Assembly (NCBI GenBank): GCA_902525735.1
Contig: CABZIF010000001.1
Coordinates: forward strand, 258,813 to 322,812
From: an uncultured SAR86 cluster bacterium
GTDB lineage: Bacteria; Pseudomonadota; Gammaproteobacteria; Magnimaribacterales; AG-339-G14
DNA length: 64,000 nt
Direction: 5' to 3'
Shown: positions 54,131-61,896 of the stretch, piece by piece
How positions within the stretch are numbered: position 1 is the stretch's first letter
Layout of the letters: each line of letters begins with the position of its first letter
Made by a program: the position numbers and the translations under genes
The notes under the pieces: model-generated
What the model was told of the DNA's origin: nothing
The model's input: the letters and a program-made list of their open reading frames with translations, nothing else
Database searches by the model: none

Positions 54131-54304
54131 ATGGAAAACAAACACTGGTGGGAAAAAATACCAGATGGTGGTGTTTATGAAGATGCTAATTCTGGCATAT
54201 ACTTTTTTAAAGAAGATGGAAAATTAAAAACATCTTATGAATTCCATATCGGCGCAGGCGGAGATCCAGAAGTATTTCAAGCCTGGAGTAAGGCAAAGAG
54301 CTGA
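54131..54304 (+). CDS. Small hypothetical protein (57 aa), not in ORF track
   Basis: The ATG follows the thiolase stop with no gap. Hand translation gives MENKHWWEKIPDGGVYEDANSGIYFFKEDGKLKTSYEFHIGAGGDPEVFQAWSKAKS*. An uninterrupted 57-codon frame is notable in AT-rich DNA. Confidence 0.45.
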   Translation: MENKHWWEKIPDGGVYEDANSGIYFFKEDGKLKTSYEFHIGAGGDPEVFQAWSKAKS

Positions 54305-54309
54305 TTTTA

Positions 54310-54382
<73 letters not shown>

Positions 54383-54389
54383 CAAGATT

Positions 54390-54548
54390 TTAATAAACTA
54401 AAAATATTATTAACAACAGTGCAGAGATTAAAGATGCAGGGAATAAATACTTTAAAGTTTTAAAATTTAGTTCATCATCATTTTTAAATAAATTTATAAA
54501 AAGAGCTATCAGAATTGTGCCACCAACAAAATAAACTAATGCAGTCAT
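54390..54548 (-). CDS. Small two-TM hypothetical protein (52 aa), not in ORF track
   Basis: Hand translation gives MTALVYFVGGTILIALFINLFKNDDELNFKTLKYLFPASLISALLLIIFLVY*. It starts 8 nt after the stop of the 490-aa gene and ends 8 nt from tRNA-Ala. It has two clear hydrophobic helices. Confidence 0.4.
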   Translation of the reverse strand: MTALVYFVGGTILIALFINLFKNDDELNFKTLKYLFPASLISALLLIIFLVY

Positions 54549-54556
54549 TGGTTTTC

Positions 54557-56029
54557 TTATGCTTGAGTAAGCATCTTGGCTCTTTCTGATAATGCTGTAG
54601 CTTTATTAGAAAGCGAAGAAAGTAATGCCGTTTTATCATTGAGCTCTTTTTCTATTTTTTCTTCAACTATAATGGCCTCTTCTTCTTTTTCACTTATAGC
54701 ATCGAATTTGTCTTGAAAATCTGATAATTCAATAATATCTATATTTAATTCTCCTTTCTCAAATTGTTTGTTTAAAGCATTAATTGATTCCTTTAAATGT
54801 TCTTCTAAGATTGTTGAAAAAGTTTTATGTATAGCTAATTCATTAAGAAGCTTTTCTCTAAGAAGATTTTCTTTTTTTTGTTTTCTAAACAATAAGTAAA
54901 TCCCCAAAGATAAAAATGGTAGACCCAGAGCTAATAATGAGCGATCTTCAAGTCCCGTAATTACCCAACCTCCTCCAAAAAAGATTGCTAAGCCATTGCC
55001 CCAACCTAAACCTGTTATTTTACCGGGCACATTCTTATTTAATTTAGCCAAGGTGTCTTCTTTGTAAGCAAAATTAATTAACTCAAATTTATTTTTTTTT
55101 GAGTTAAAATGAATATCTGCATGTTTACCGTTAAATAAATTTTCAATAAAACTTTTATCCTTGTAGCTTGAAATTAATTTTGAACTGTAAGCTTCTTCGA
55201 CTTTTATTTGCTTAAAGCCAGTTTGTTCATTAATCATTTGTCTTGCAAATTCATCTTGATATTTTAATTTTTCATAAAGTTTTTTATTCTCCCAGCTAGT
55301 ACCAATTTTTTTTTCTTCATCAGATAAACTTTCTGCAATTTCTTCAATTTTTTTAATTAGTTCTTTTTGAGTTTTAATTTTAAATTCTGCATAAATCATA
55401 TCTGAAACTTCTTTCTCTCTTTTGGATTCATTTCTCTTTGTTTCTAAGTCCTTTTTAGATTCTTCTAATTTATCGAAAAGTTCTTTTAAAGGAATGTTGG
55501 AACTTACTTTTTCATAAAAAGAATTAGCGCTCTTAGATTTAATCTCATCGAAAGACGTTCTCAAAGGAGGAAAAATTTCCGATTGTTTTTTTTCATACTT
55601 TTCTTTATCAATTTGAATACTTTTAGTTATTTCACTTGCTTTATCAAACTGAGATTTGATATCAGGAATTGCTGTATCTTTTAAATATTCTATGTCTGCC
55701 AAACAAAGTTCACATTCTTTTAGTAAAGCGTTTTTTTCATAATACAGAGCTTCTTTTTCGCGAGTGCCAATAGATTTTTCACCAGAACAATCTTCGCACA
55801 TCCAAACTGTTCTATAGGTTGTGTGTGTTCTCTTTCGAGAAGTTAAAACAGATCTTTTTAAAGCTTTTTGAGAAGTTTCAAAACCAAGAATTGAGCCAAT
55901 TACTTCTTTTCCTCCAACAGTATTTCGTGACGTCGCTTTAATAGCCTTTTTGGCCCTAACCATAAAATTAGCAGGGGCTTGGGCGCCACATATGTTGCAA
56001 GTAGTTAATCTAAACTTCTTTTTTGCCAT
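54557..56029 (-). CDS. Hypothetical zinc-ribbon / coiled-coil / TM-hairpin protein
   Basis: 490 aa. CxxC dyads at C11/C14 and C78/C81 (plus C106/C109). Long Lys/Glu-rich heptad-like regions. Gly-rich hydrophobic hairpin 'ITGLGWGNGLAIFFGGGWVITGL-EDR-SLLALGLPFLSLGIYLLF' (about aa 338-382), followed by a C-terminal coiled coil. I recognise no family. Confidence 0.7.
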   Translation of the reverse strand: MAKKKFRLTTCNICGAQAPANFMVRAKKAIKATSRNTVGGKEVIGSILGFETSQKALKRSVLTSRKRTHTTYRTVWMCEDCSGEKSIGTREKEALYYEKNALLKECELCLADIEYLKDTAIPDIKSQFDKASEITKSIQIDKEKYEKKQSEIFPPLRTSFDEIKSKSANSFYEKVSSNIPLKELFDKLEESKKDLETKRNESKREKEVSDMIYAEFKIKTQKELIKKIEEIAESLSDEEKKIGTSWENKKLYEKLKYQDEFARQMINEQTGFKQIKVEEAYSSKLISSYKDKSFIENLFNGKHADIHFNSKKNKFELINFAYKEDTLAKLNKNVPGKITGLGWGNGLAIFFGGGWVITGLEDRSLLALGLPFLSLGIYLLFRKQKKENLLREKLLNELAIHKTFSTILEEHLKESINALNKQFEKGELNIDIIELSDFQDKFDAISEKEEEAIIVEEKIEKELNDKTALLSSLSNKATALSERAKMLTQA

Positions 56030-56067
56030 CAGAACTTATATTATAGAAAGAAAATTTATTAATCAAA

Positions 56068-58227
56068 ATGACTGGAATAGTTGATGAGGCTCTAAAACAA
56101 GATGGGGATGATTCATTAAATATAGGAAACTATATTAAAGCCTTATTAAGTTTTATTGAAAATACCGCAACACCGATGACTATCGGTATTCAAGGAGAAT
56201 GGGGCAGTGGAAAAACTTCATTGCTTAATCAAATTTGGAATGGCCTTGAAAAAAGAGACTCTGAAAACCAAGACGTAAGATATAAGCAAATATGGATAAA
56301 TGCTTGGGAACATTCTTTACTGTGTTCACCAGAAGAGTGTTTGATAAAGATAATCAATGAAATAATTTCTGAACTTGTAGCTGCAGATACTCAAAAAACA
56401 AAAGCTGAAAAATTAACCAGTGGCATTAATAAATTAGCAAAAGGTGCAGCAAGAATTGGTGGGGCCGTCGCACTTGGAATGGCAGGAAAAGATATTGCTG
56501 ATGATATATTTGATCAACATGAAAACTCAATTAAGCAGTTACGACAAGATTTAAAAAAACTTACAAATGAAATTAAAGGGCTTGAAACCAATCCCTTTGA
56601 TAAATTTATAATCTACGTTGACGATCTGGATAGAATTGACCCACCTGATGCAGTAAGAATATTAGAATTATTAAAAAATATATTCAATCTGGAAGATTGT
56701 ATATTTTTATTGGCCATTGACTATCAAGTAGTAGTAAAAGGTCTTGAAGCGAAATTTGGAAAACAAACGCCTGAAAATGAATGGGAGTTTCGAGCCTATT
56801 TCGATAAAATTATTCAACTTCCTTTTAAAATGCCGATGTCAAATTACGACATAGGAAATTATGTACTTGAATTACTATCGACCATCGATTTTTATTCAGG
56901 CGATGAAGAATTGGATGAAGAATTAATTAAAAACTTTGTAGAGCTTTCTATTACAGGGAACCCTAGATCTATAAAAAGATTAATAAATTCCTTGTCTCTG
57001 ATTAAACTTTTTAATTCATTATCTGACGATTTAGACTCAAATTTTTTAAAAGATAAAAATGGCGCGACCATAATGTTTGCAATGGTCTGTTTACAAACTG
57101 CGCATCCAGATATTTATGATTTGCTTTCTCAAAATCCTGATTTTCAAAAATGGGATGATGAATTAGCCTATAAAGTTACTCAAGGAAAAGAAAAACTAGA
57201 AGAAAATTATGAATTGAATTACAACCAAGCCACTAAACAAGGTGAAGATTTTGATGAAGAATGGGAAAAAATACTTTTTAAAGTTTGTTATTTGAATCCA
57301 AGATCACGTGCTAAGGCAACAAATATATCTAGATTTTTAACTATTTTAATCGATGAATTCAAAGCAGAAAAAAATTCTGAGGAGTTAACAAATCTAATTT
57401 CTAATGCTCTTGGACAATCAGCTATTACAAGCGTGACAACAACTGAAAATCCAAATATAAGACCTGCTAAAGGTTCTTATAAACCTTTTTATAATGAAGG
57501 TTTTGATGACTGGCTTGACCGTAAAATAGAAGATATTTCTATTAGAGCCAAGAAATCTAAAGAAGAATTTTCTATACCGGTTGAAGTCTTTGAGAAACTA
57601 AAATCTTTTGTCGATATTTTAAAAAATGATTTTGGAGCGTGCGATGCTAATGAAAATCCAGATAACGATCTGACATTGCATTACTCTGGAAACTTGACAT
57701 TAAAATACAAAGGAAAAAAGACTTTTAGTTTTTGGGTTGGAACGTCTAATCCAGAAAATAAAAAACGATCTAGAAAAGGTGTTGCTGGAGGAGATTTAAA
57801 TGACCCTCAAAGCTGGGTAATGAGTTCTGAAATAAGTAAACATCCTAAATTTGAAAATAAGCCTCTATTCATAGAAGAGTTAAATATTAAATTTAATCAA
57901 TACAAGCCAGGATATAGAGTGAAAAGTATAAATCCAAGAGAAATAGTCTTACCTGGCGCAGGTGCGCCAGACATTGCTCATATGGGAGTTATTTCAATTT
58001 TAGATTATCCTCATGATTATTTTAAGTTTTTAGTTGAGACTAGTATAGATGCTAGAAAAAATCATAAAGACGAGTTGTTTAATAGGTCTAAAATGAAAGA
58101 AATTGAGGATATTTTTTTTAAGGCTGATGAAGATTCAGCTGAATTTAAAAAGGCGCATGATTTCATTCAAAATTGGAATGCAGATGAAAATGTTTTTACT
58201 ATTAAGGATTATAAAAAAGGGGTATAG
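56068..58227 (+). CDS. KAP-family P-loop NTPase with uncharacterised C-terminal half
   Basis: 719 aa. Walker A 'GIQGEWGSGKTSLLN', then the KAP-typical 'INAWEHS' and Walker B 'FIIYVDDLDRIDP'. No convincing TM insertion in the P-loop domain. About 270 C-terminal residues have no recognisable motif. Confidence 0.82.
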   Translation: MTGIVDEALKQDGDDSLNIGNYIKALLSFIENTATPMTIGIQGEWGSGKTSLLNQIWNGLEKRDSENQDVRYKQIWINAWEHSLLCSPEECLIKIINEIISELVAADTQKTKAEKLTSGINKLAKGAARIGGAVALGMAGKDIADDIFDQHENSIKQLRQDLKKLTNEIKGLETNPFDKFIIYVDDLDRIDPPDAVRILELLKNIFNLEDCIFLLAIDYQVVVKGLEAKFGKQTPENEWEFRAYFDKIIQLPFKMPMSNYDIGNYVLELLSTIDFYSGDEELDEELIKNFVELSITGNPRSIKRLINSLSLIKLFNSLSDDLDSNFLKDKNGATIMFAMVCLQTAHPDIYDLLSQNPDFQKWDDELAYKVTQGKEKLEENYELNYNQATKQGEDFDEEWEKILFKVCYLNPRSRAKATNISRFLTILIDEFKAEKNSEELTNLISNALGQSAITSVTTTENPNIRPAKGSYKPFYNEGFDDWLDRKIEDISIRAKKSKEEFSIPVEVFEKLKSFVDILKNDFGACDANENPDNDLTLHYSGNLTLKYKGKKTFSFWVGTSNPENKKRSRKGVAGGDLNDPQSWVMSSEISKHPKFENKPLFIEELNIKFNQYKPGYRVKSINPREIVLPGAGAPDIAHMGVISILDYPHDYFKFLVETSIDARKNHKDELFNRSKMKEIEDIFFKADEDSAEFKKAHDFIQNWNADENVFTIKDYKKGV

Positions 58228-58290
58228 CTCATTTGGATGAACACTTGCAAACTACGCAAGAAGTTCAAGGTTCGACCCTGCTTAACTCCA
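58219..58290 (+). pseudogene. Degenerate copy of tRNA-Ala (non-foldable)
   Basis: GGGGTATAGCTCATTTGGATGAACACTTGCAAACTACGCAAGAAGTTCAAGGTTCGACCCTGCTTAACTCCA aligns end-to-end with tRNA-Ala at 54310. The GGGG/TATAGCTCA, the anticodon stem CTTGC/GCAAG, GGTTC and CTCCA are all identical. The anticodon loop is AAACTAC (no U33) and the T and acceptor stems are broken. It overlaps the KAP stop codon. Confidence 0.6.
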
Positions 58291-58354
58291 TATGTTTATT
58301 GTAAAAGCCTTATTTTTTTTATAAATAAGTAGTCGTTAATACAAAAAAATTGAT

Positions 58355-60121
58355 ATGAATGATCAGTTAACAATAACCTTAATTTTGTTTGTTCTTTTAT
58401 TTTTCTTTGTATGGGGAAGATGGAGATATGACGCAATAGCTTTAATATTTCTGTCTTTATTTGTTTTATTTGGGTTTATTGAACCAAATGATGCTTTTTC
58501 TGGATTTGCTCATCCTGCAGTTGTAACTGTCGCATTGGTTTTATTGATTAGTAAAGGTTTAGAAAAATCAGGATTTATTCTAATTATTGAAAATAAAATT
58601 CAAAAAATTGCTCAAAATCAAACTCAATTTATGATTGTTTTAACTCTTCTGGCTGCGGTGCTTTCATCGTTTATGAACAATATTGGCGCAATGGCTATGC
58701 TTCTTCCTATTACTTTGGGAATTTGTCAAAAAATGGCTTGGAATCCATCTAGGTTTTTGATGCCATTAGCCTTTGCTTCCATTTTAGGTGGAATGAATAC
58801 TAAAATTGGGACACCTCCAAACATAATCATCTCTGAATTTAGAAGTGAATATGCAGATCAATCTTTTAGTTTCTTCGATTTTTCTTTTATTGGATTGCCT
58901 TTAACTATTTTTGGAATTATTTTTATTTCATTTTTAGGATGGAGATTAATTGCTTTAAGACCAGTTAATTCCTTAGATAATCCATTAATTAAAATTGATG
59001 ATTATCTAACTGAAATGACTATCAAACCAAATAGTCCACTCATCGATATGAGGGCTCAAGATTTTAGAAGTAAACTAGATACAGATACAGCTGTAATTGG
59101 TCAGATAGACTCAACCGAAAAAAAAGTTGAGTTGCATGGAAATTTTAAACTCTACGAGGGACAAATCCTTATTCTAAAAATAAACCCTTCTTCTCTTGCA
59201 GACTTGCAACAAGAATATGGATTAGACGTAGATTCAGAAAACGAATTAACAAAAATAAAAGATTTAGGCAGTATCGAAGCAATAATTACACCAAAATCTA
59301 GACTTATCGGAAGAAAAAATAGTTATTTTAAAAGGCTTGTTGGCGGTGGTTTCTCTTTACTAGGTTTATGGAGAAGGGGATTAAAATATAGATTTAGATT
59401 GGCAAATGAAAAATTCAGATCAGGTGATGTTTTGTTGATAGCAAATAGAGGTAATAAAGATTCTATTGCGGAAAGATTGGAGCTGGCTGGATTGTTGCCT
59501 TTATGGCAAAGAGATTTTGATATTGTTAGAGATTCCTCAAAAGTATTATTTGCTTTTCTAGTATTTATTTTTTCTCTATTTCTGATTATTTTTAATTTTC
59601 TTCCAATTTTAGTGGCATTTTTATTGTGCGTAATTGCTTTTGTAGGTGGAAGGTTGTTAACAGGAGAAAGCGTTTATAGGCACATAGACTGGCCAGTTGT
59701 CACATTACTAGCTGCGATGATTCCAATAGGTAATACACTCACTGAGTATGAAATTACATCTGATTTTGCTTTGTTCCTCGCTAGCTATTCTCAATCTTTA
59801 GATTTTGTTTGGATGATAATTATAATCATGATTATAACAATGCTTCTTTCAGACGTTATTAATAACGCTGCTACAGCTGTAATAATGGGCCCGTTAGCTG
59901 CTTCATTAGCAGTTCAAATTAATCAGCCTGTAGAACCCTTTTTAATGGCAGTTGCAATTGGTGCAAGTTGTGCTTTTCTGTCTCCAATTGGGCATCAATG
60001 CAACACTCTAGTCATGGGACCGGGAAATTATAAATTCGGAGATTATTGGAAAATGGGGCTTCCCTTGGAGATATTAATTATTTTTGTAAGTGTTCCGTTA
60101 ATTGTTTTTTACTGGACTTGA
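58355..60121 (+). CDS. SLC13/DASS-family permease with central TrkA-C (RCK_C)-like domains
   Basis: 588 aa. Polytopic N- and C-terminal halves with 'GTPPN' and 'SPIGHQCN' hairpin motifs. They are separated by a soluble region of about 180 aa resembling two TrkA-C domains. Confidence 0.78.
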   Translation: MNDQLTITLILFVLLFFFVWGRWRYDAIALIFLSLFVLFGFIEPNDAFSGFAHPAVVTVALVLLISKGLEKSGFILIIENKIQKIAQNQTQFMIVLTLLAAVLSSFMNNIGAMAMLLPITLGICQKMAWNPSRFLMPLAFASILGGMNTKIGTPPNIIISEFRSEYADQSFSFFDFSFIGLPLTIFGIIFISFLGWRLIALRPVNSLDNPLIKIDDYLTEMTIKPNSPLIDMRAQDFRSKLDTDTAVIGQIDSTEKKVELHGNFKLYEGQILILKINPSSLADLQQEYGLDVDSENELTKIKDLGSIEAIITPKSRLIGRKNSYFKRLVGGGFSLLGLWRRGLKYRFRLANEKFRSGDVLLIANRGNKDSIAERLELAGLLPLWQRDFDIVRDSSKVLFAFLVFIFSLFLIIFNFLPILVAFLLCVIAFVGGRLLTGESVYRHIDWPVVTLLAAMIPIGNTLTEYEITSDFALFLASYSQSLDFVWMIIIIMIITMLLSDVINNAATAVIMGPLAASLAVQINQPVEPFLMAVAIGASCAFLSPIGHQCNTLVMGPGNYKFGDYWKMGLPLEILIIFVSVPLIVFYWT

Positions 60122-60257
60122 AGAGCATTTCTTGAATTCATTGTCTTCCTAAAGGAGTTAGCTTAATTGACATCTCTATTGACTCATCAGCTTCCAATTC
60201 ATCAAGCTTCTGTGAAAGTCAGGATTTCTATGCTCTGTAGCCTTTGGTGACGCTTAG

Positions 60258-60584
60258 TTATCTGGTCAAAATCTCCATTGCTTTTTTATCGTCTACTACA
60301 GGGACTATTGCAGACTCGCAGACTTCGTTCCATCCATTAGCGAATTCAATTACAAGAGTTGGATCATCAGCCTCAACTATAACTATCCCGTCGCCAGTCG
60401 TAAGGTCATGATACCTAGCAAGCTTTTTAGAGCCCTCTAGGAATTGACCATCAAGCTCATCTAACGTCATGGTAGAAAAAATTTTATATGCCTCTTGATT
60501 GCATTTGAAATCAATCATATAGACAGCCGCATGTGAGATATTACAAAACATTAACATAACCCCTAAAACAAAGTATTTTTTCAT
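60258..60584 (-). CDS. Small secreted protein, DUF3303-like
   Basis: 108 aa with a signal peptide. 'IVIVEADDPTLVIEFANGWNEVCESAIVPVVDDKKA' resembles the remembered DUF3303 C-terminal pattern. Confidence 0.5.
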   Translation of the reverse strand: MKKYFVLGVMLMFCNISHAAVYMIDFKCNQEAYKIFSTMTLDELDGQFLEGSKKLARYHDLTTGDGIVIVEADDPTLVIEFANGWNEVCESAIVPVVDDKKAMEILTR

Positions 60585-60749
60585 TTTATGTCTCCAATAG
60601 ATTTAATAATTTATTATATTAAATTATTATCAATCCACCGTCACTTCTAACTCTTTTTTATTTTTTTCTTTGTTACTTTCTTATTCATTTTTTGGGTTCA
60701 ACAAGAATTTATGCAATGAAATTTAATTTTTTTAATTAATGAATAATTA

Positions 60750-61358
60750 TTATTTTAAGCTTTCAACGAATTTTTTAACTTTTTTCATGTGTTTATCAAA
60801 TTCTTTATCGCTCATATTAGGTAATATAGAAAAAAATCTTAAATATTTAGTTTTTAAACCGCCTAATTGAAATACAGTTTTTTTTAATCTTCTATAAGGA
60901 ATATTCTTAAAGAATGAAAAATTAAAATAACTTATTTTTGGTCCTCCATATGTGATCGAAACAATTCCTAACTTGTTTTTCATCGCTCCAGCAACGGGAT
61001 AGCCATAATTTTTAAAGAATTTACTGTTAGGTAATATAGATTTATAGGTGAAGAACCAAGTGGGATGCAGCACCCAATCTATCCAATTTTCTACAATCAC
61101 ATTCATCCTTAGATTATGACAAGCCCCCATTAAAAACATTACATCTGAATTTTCTAGTCTTTTTCTATACTCCAAAACCAATTTTGGGGGAGGATTAATA
61201 TCGCTTCTGTAAAATGGCAATTGTTCTTCCTCTTCAAAAAGATTTATTAGATCTATTTCGTGACCTAATCTTTTTGCTTCTTTTATAAAAGTATCACGTA
61301 TAGCCGAATTGAATGAACTTACGGTATTATAGTGGCCAAAAATCAAGCAAATCTTCAT
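60750..61358 (-). CDS. Flavodoxin-like-fold NAD(P)H (quinone) oxidoreductase family protein
   Basis: 202 aa. 'MKICLIFGHYNTVSSFNSAIRD...' N-terminus typical of the Flavodoxin_2/NQO-like family. Confidence 0.7.
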   Translation of the reverse strand: MKICLIFGHYNTVSSFNSAIRDTFIKEAKRLGHEIDLINLFEEEEQLPFYRSDINPPPKLVLEYRKRLENSDVMFLMGACHNLRMNVIVENWIDWVLHPTWFFTYKSILPNSKFFKNYGYPVAGAMKNKLGIVSITYGGPKISYFNFSFFKNIPYRRLKKTVFQLGGLKTKYLRFFSILPNMSDKEFDKHMKKVKKFVESLK

Positions 61359-61380
61359 ATATTTTCACAAAATAAAAAAT

Positions 61381-61399
61381 AATAGATTAACTCATTATC
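61381..61399. promoter_or_regulatory. Weak candidate Fur box upstream of DoxX-hmuTUV
   Basis: AATAGATTAACTCATTATC matches 12 of 19 positions of the GATAATGATAATCATTATC consensus (the 3' half is perfect). It lies about 80 nt upstream of the operon start. AT-rich background makes this weak. Confidence 0.25.
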
Positions 61400-61479
61400 C
61401 TTTTACTAAGCTAATAACCTTTACTAATCTTATAAGACAACTGCACAAACTTTTTTATATTATTTCAATTGAGAGATAT

Positions 61480-61896
61480 ATGAAAATACCAAAATTGCCA
61501 GCTCCACTAGCAACCTTTTTGTTAAGAATACCCTTATCTGTATTATTTTTTCAACAAGGGCTAAGCAAATTTCCTGTGAATGAAGCTACAGCAGAAGCAT
61601 TTGGCTTGCCTTTTATTGTGTGGTGGTTTGTTGCCTATGGTGAAGTTGGATCGGCAATAGGACTGATTTTAGGAGGAATCGTAGGTATTATTTTTACAAA
61701 AGGACTTGTCAGTGAACTTGCAGACCTTTTGACACGTTTTAGCGGAATTACGATGACGTGTGTTATCACAGGGATAATTTGGCTAATGATGCCAAATAGT
61801 CTTTTTGACGTAATTACCAAAGATTACTTGCATGTAAGTTTATATGTTGGGGGACTTTATTTTGCACTTAGGGGGAATTCAAAATATGGTTTTTAA
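61480..61896 (+). CDS. DoxX-family membrane protein
   Basis: 138 aa with 4 TM. 'FFQQGLSKF' DoxX-like N-terminus. Confidence 0.65.
   Translation: MKIPKLPAPLATFLLRIPLSVLFFQQGLSKFPVNEATAEAFGLPFIVWWFVAYGEVGSAIGLILGGIVGIIFTKGLVSELADLLTRFSGITMTCVITGIIWLMMPNSLFDVITKDYLHVSLYVGGLYFALRGNSKYGF

Larger units (their letters stand above)
54383..58290. other. Putative tRNA-Ala-associated genomic islet (KAP NTPase cassette), no integrase
   Basis: The interval between tRNA-Ala and its degenerate copy is filled by three non-housekeeping ORFs only. Core metabolic and transport genes flank it on both sides. Confidence 0.4.

Noticed and set aside
54383-58290. Calling the KAP cassette an integrative mobile element or prophage remnant.
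   Set aside because: I could find no integrase, recombinase, transposase or terminal inverted repeats, and the composition looks like the host. I report it only as a tRNA-associated islet.
60122-60257. Somewhat GC-richer 136-bp spacer after the DASS/TrkA-C gene. It contains an AAGGAG-preceded TTG mini-ORF (about 27 codons) and a distant AGAGCAT/ATGCTCT inverted repeat.
   Set aside because: The ORF is too short and has an unremarkable peptide. The repeat arms are about 100 nt apart with no supporting pairing. There is not enough evidence for a gene or an RNA.
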